A stretch of 64,000 bases of DNA from Eledone cirrhosa (Eukaryota). Shown in pieces: positions 59,632 to 64,000 of this stretch. The notes under the pieces were generated by a model. The model did no database searches. It saw only the letters and a list, made by a program, of their open reading frames with translations, and was not told where the DNA came from. Made by a program: the position numbers and the translations under genes. The stretch's first letter is position 1; the number at the start of each line of letters is the position of its first letter. The stretch is taken from NCBI GenBank assembly GCA_964016885.1, contig OZ024743.1, positions 319,548,001-319,612,000 of the forward strand. The letters run 5' to 3'.

Positions 59632-61942
59632 TATCGGAGATATTTCACTGACCTCTACCAACAAGTTATTAAGGGAGATACACTTATACCAGAATGGTTG
59701 ACATTAGCACAAACATTACTGGTCCCCAAGAACAAAGACACACACTTGGCAAAAAACTACCGACCCATTGCATGCCAGAACCTGATGTATAAGATGTATA
59801 CAGCCTGCCTGAACCTATTCCTCCAAGATCACTGTGAAAATAATAACATCATCACAGATGAATAAGCAGCTGGAAAGAAAGGGGTTTGGGGATGTGCTGA
59901 ACAACTCCTAATCAACAAAACTACGATGTCGGAGGTGCGACAACTTAGGAGGAATATGGGTACAGTCTGGCTGGACTACAAGAAAGCTTTTGATTCTGTT
60001 CCCCACTCTTGGATGATAGAGGCCCTCCAACTTGCTAAAGTCCCAGACATTATTGTCAGAGCCGTAGAGAGGCTGTCTTCTTCTTGGGCTACTATCCTAA
60101 GGTTAAAGACAGAGAGGGAGGACTCTATTTTCACTGATAAAATAAGATATTGCAGGGGTATATTTCAGGGGGACAGTCTCTCTGTGATATTATTCATCTT
60201 GTCATTAAACCCCTTGTCCAACATTCTCAAACGATATAGGAATGGAATTTGGCCAAGATAAATGTTCATATATTACTGTAAAGCGGGGGAAAACAACAAC
60301 CCAATCTAGCAACATTGTCATCAATGGTCTAACTGTTTCACCGATATCTGATGAGAACTGCTACAGATACCTGGGGATAGATGAGAACATATCCTTTAAT
60401 GGTATCTGTAATAAAGAACGCGTAACCAGGGAATACTACACCTGATTAAGAAAGATCTGGTCATCGGAACTCTCTGCGCAAAACAAAACAGTGGCTCACA
60501 ATGTGTTTGCTGTGCTTGTCCTAACACCAACGTTTGGAATACTCAATTGGACGATAGACGAAATCCGAGCAGTTGATGTTGGAACTCGAAAAATACTAAA
60601 CGACACCGGAAACTTCCATATCAACAGTGACATAGACCGCCTTTACTTGAAACGTAAGCAGGGAGGCAGAGGCCTAACATCAGTCCAGACAACATTTGAA
60701 TGTCGCATCATATCTCTCCGACAACATGTAAGAACCTCGAAGCGTAGGAGCCCGCTTCTTGAGCAAGTCTATCTGCATGAAACAGATAAGATCATGAGAG
60801 TTGGGAAGGAACTCTTCGAGTGATATTTCCTGTGTGATAATCAAAACCTTACACCCAGGGAAGTCGCTCAGCAGTATCGCAGTGAATCCATGGATGAAAA
60901 ACTGCATGCTTATCAGCAAAAAATCATGCATGGATATGTTGCCAGGAAGCTCCAGAGTGAGAGTAATATAGATAAAGTAATTAGTCTATCTTGAATCAAC
61001 AACCGCTATATTGGCTCCCACTTGGAAGGATACGCTTTTGCAATCCAAGAACAGGAGATTAACACGAAATACCTGATTCACAAAAGAGATAGGGATGCAG
61101 GCAAAACACCTATATGTGATAACAAGTGCAGACTCTGCAGAACTAACATCGAGCATATCACCCATGTCATCAGCAGCTGTCCAAAGATGTCATCGCGGTA
61201 CTATCTATCTATGAGGCATGATGTAGTGGCCAAAACACTGTACGATGCAGTTCCTAAAAATAATAGCCCTGAAAATAAATACATTAAAAGCTACAGCAAT
61301 GTGGAAGACATCCATGTACATAATATGAAAGAGTACTGGTGGAATGTTCCAGTCAAAACCCCAATAAAATGCAGGCATAACAGACCAGATATTATGATAT
61401 GGGACAGGGAGAAGAAAGCATGCACAGTAGTGGAAATTATCTGCCATGCAGATGCCAATATAATATCAAAGATTAGCGAAACGGAGAATCTTTATGCAGA
61501 ACTGATGAGAAATCTGCAGATACTCCACCCTGATTACACCTTCAGATTTATGTCTGTGATTATTGGGGCACTGGGATATGTTAGTAACTACCTCAATACA
61601 AATCTTGAGAAGCTAGGCTTCACAGGAACAGAAAGAACACAATTAGTTAGGAAATTACAAGTACAATCCATTAATGGAAAAGTAAAAATATGTAAAACAT
61701 TCCAAAAATTTTGAATTCTAATAACTGCATATACACATGTACAGATACAAAGCATACACACATACAACTCAAAACATCCACATCCACACATACAATAACA
61801 TTCATATCTTCACATGCAGACATGCATACATAATCTACCTAGTTGATGTTGTGTAAATTCCAATGAGAGAGTCTTGTGTCTATGTTAAAAACCGGCTCTC
61901 TCTCTATTGGTAAAAATTTGTGAAATTATAAAACCAGAAGAA
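59632..61942 (+). mobile_element. R4/Dong-like RLE LINE (family A), 5'-truncated and disabled
   Basis: NYRPIACQN, WLDYKKAFDSVPH, GIFQGDSLS, YLG, GGRGL, CRLC...HVISSC, RHD, NRPDI...VVEI restriction-like endonuclease; catalytic YxDD segment deleted near 60230; ends in (CATA)n. Confidence 0.92.
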
Positions 61943-61963
61943 CATACATACATACATACATAC

Positions 61964-62131
61964 ATGGTGGCTGCCAACTCGTTTTCGAGTACGGCCACTA
62001 CTTTATATCCATGTAGAAGAACCCCTACCGATGCGCTGAACGAGTGCGACTTTTTAGTCCAGCCAGCGACTTGAAAACTCTGGTACAAACACTACACTTG
62101 TGACAATTATTGACACATAGTGCTGGGCCCA
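61964..62131 (-). mobile_element. 3' fragment of RTE derivative family B
   Basis: [27 protein letters not shown] and the same 3' end, in (CATA)n. Confidence 0.8.
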
Positions 62132-62241
62132 TACATACATACATACATACATACATACATACATACATACATACATACATACATACATACATACATACAT
62201 ACTGTATTGTAACTATGAGTAAGATGGACACTTGTACTTAC

Positions 62242-62351
62242 TTTTCCCATAAAAGGTACCAGGTGGTGTTCACAGAGGGAGAACATTTCTATGTCTTTTA
62301 CAATAACCATTTCATCATGATCCTCATCAAAAATGGCGTCGTTTAATATAT
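62242..62351 (-). CDS. GCH1: GTP cyclohydrolase I internal exon (equivalent to vertebrate exon 2)
   Basis: Encodes (D)[36 protein letters not shown] including the CEHH zinc motif; tttctag acceptor and gtaagt donor; 110 bp. Confidence 0.96.
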
Positions 62352-62521
62352 CTAGAAACATGAAATATAGAAATATTAGCGGGAATATAGACAGTGTAGT
62401 CGTTCAAAATAATATAAAAATCTTTGTGAATCTTTTATTAAAATCGGTAGTATGTATGTATGTATGTATGTATGTATGTATGTATGTATGTATGTATGTA
62501 TGTATGTATGTATGTATGTAT

Positions 62522-63400
62522 GTTTCTCTTTCTCTTAATTTCGAGTACATTTTTGACCGGCCACATTCCTGGTTGTAAAAGAAAATAAATTGTCATCCCT
62601 TGAATCGCAAGAATGTTTTGCAAATTTTAAAGGTGACAGTTATCGCAGCCATTTGTAGTCAATGAATTAGGGAGCTGCGCTCTTTGTCCACAAATCCAAG
62701 TTCAGTTATACTTTGGTCCAAGCAGGTTGGTATATAACCTGTAGCTCCAATAATGATAGCCATGAAGCTGAAAGTGTATCTTGGATAGTGGATCTGCAAA
62801 CTCCTCATCAATGGCCCGTAGATGTCCTCCTTCTCTTGTATTTTTCTTACAACGTTGACATCAAGTGGGCAGCTGATCTCTACAACAGAGCACGTTTTCA
62901 ATGTGTGGTCCCAAACAACAATGTTAGGCCCGTTGTGCTTTAATTTGGTGGCTGTTTTTATTTTCACGTTCCACCAGTATTCTTTAGTGCCATCTATCTC
63001 AACATATTCCTCCTCATTTGTTTTTAGTTTTGTTTTCCTTTGTGTGTTCCAGATGGTTCTAGCTATCACATCGTATCTCATAGGGAGGTAGTAGCGAGAC
63101 GACATTCTTTCGCAGTTGGCAACAATGTGGCTAACATCTTCAATCTTTGTTTTACAAAGCCTATATTTATTGTCGACTGATGGCCCTCCTCTTTTGTGTA
63201 GCAGATATTTGGTAGGGATTTCTTGTTCCTAAATTGCAAAGAGATATCCTTCAAGGTGGGATGTCATAAACTTGACGGAGCTCCATGCCAGGTCTTTTGA
63301 ATGATTATTCACTCTATGATCTGTGTTTTTCGTCTCAGGTACCCATGCAAAACTTTCTCTGTACATTGGTGCATTTTTTAAATTTTGTTCGAACATTGAA
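62522..63400 (-). mobile_element. 3' fragment of R4-like family B
   Basis: MSSRYYLPMRYD...EYWWNVKIKTATKLKHN...VVEISCPLD; same 3' UTR as 2337-2874; flanked by (TATG)n. Confidence 0.9.
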
Positions 63401-63562
63401 TAGGATGTATGTATGAATATATGTATGAATGTATGTAAGTATGTATGTATGTAAGTATGTATGTATGTATGGATGTGTGTGTGTATGAATGCATGTTTGT
63501 ATGTATGTAAGCATGTGTATATGTATGATTATATGTGTGTTTTATACGTATGAATGTACATA

Positions 63563-63985
63563 TTCAACGGTGTCATGCAAGGCGACATACCTGCAACCAC
63601 TCTGTTCCCCATCTACTTTGCCGTGCTGCTGAGATATGCCTTCCAACACTTCGAAATCAGTGAATACTTGTAAATTAAAGCCTCTGGCAAAGTCTTTAAT
63701 CTAAAGCAGTTGAACACCAAGTCCAAAACATTTGGCACTCTTGTTAGGTAGGGAGTTCCTGTATTCTGATGATGCAGATTTTGTGGCTCACACAGAGGGC
63801 ATGCAGTTGTTATTGGGCACCTTCAATGCATGCACTGCGTTCGGGCTAAATATTAGCATAAAAAAGACTAAGTATCATGGTATTGCTGGTCATTGGCAAG
63901 TCCCTAGCAGGACTTAAAAGCCACGTCCGTAATGCTCATGCTTACATATCAAGCATTAAACGAAATCGAGTTGCGGCCATCATGT
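63563..63985 (+). mobile_element. Internally deleted RTE remnant
   Basis: NGVMQGDIPATTLF, FLYSDD, GLNISIKKT, then SLAGLKSHVR and gagttgcggccatcatg. Confidence 0.75.
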
Positions 63986-64000
63986 ATCTATATATGTACG

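Overview
AT-rich, microsatellite-saturated animal genomic DNA; the SINE and LINE complement looks cephalopod (Octopus-like, inferred). Three spliced exons of GTP cyclohydrolase I (GCH1) lie on the minus strand (110, 56 and 32 bp, canonical AG/GT). The next exon was not found, so most of the window is probably GCH1 intron. The introns hold nested mobile DNA: RTE, Tx1-like and R4/Dong-like LINEs, bipartite non-autonomous RTE derivatives, tRNA-derived SINEs, a DD36E Tc1 transposon, a decayed mariner, and head-to-head intronless copies of tensin and MAK16. The most striking signal is about 19 insertions in (TA)n tracts, from roughly a dozen Penelope-like (PLE) sequence families, most carrying minimal hammerhead ribozymes. 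They share one architecture: two outward-facing arms, one running to the family's full 3' tail and the other stopping 40-130 nt earlier at what is a fixed site in every family seen more than once. In three cases the two arms share no sequence, which argues for twin priming at two defined sites rather than cDNA snap-back. Coordinates were read by eye and repeat edges may be off by a few bases; family assignments come from motif recognition, not database searches.
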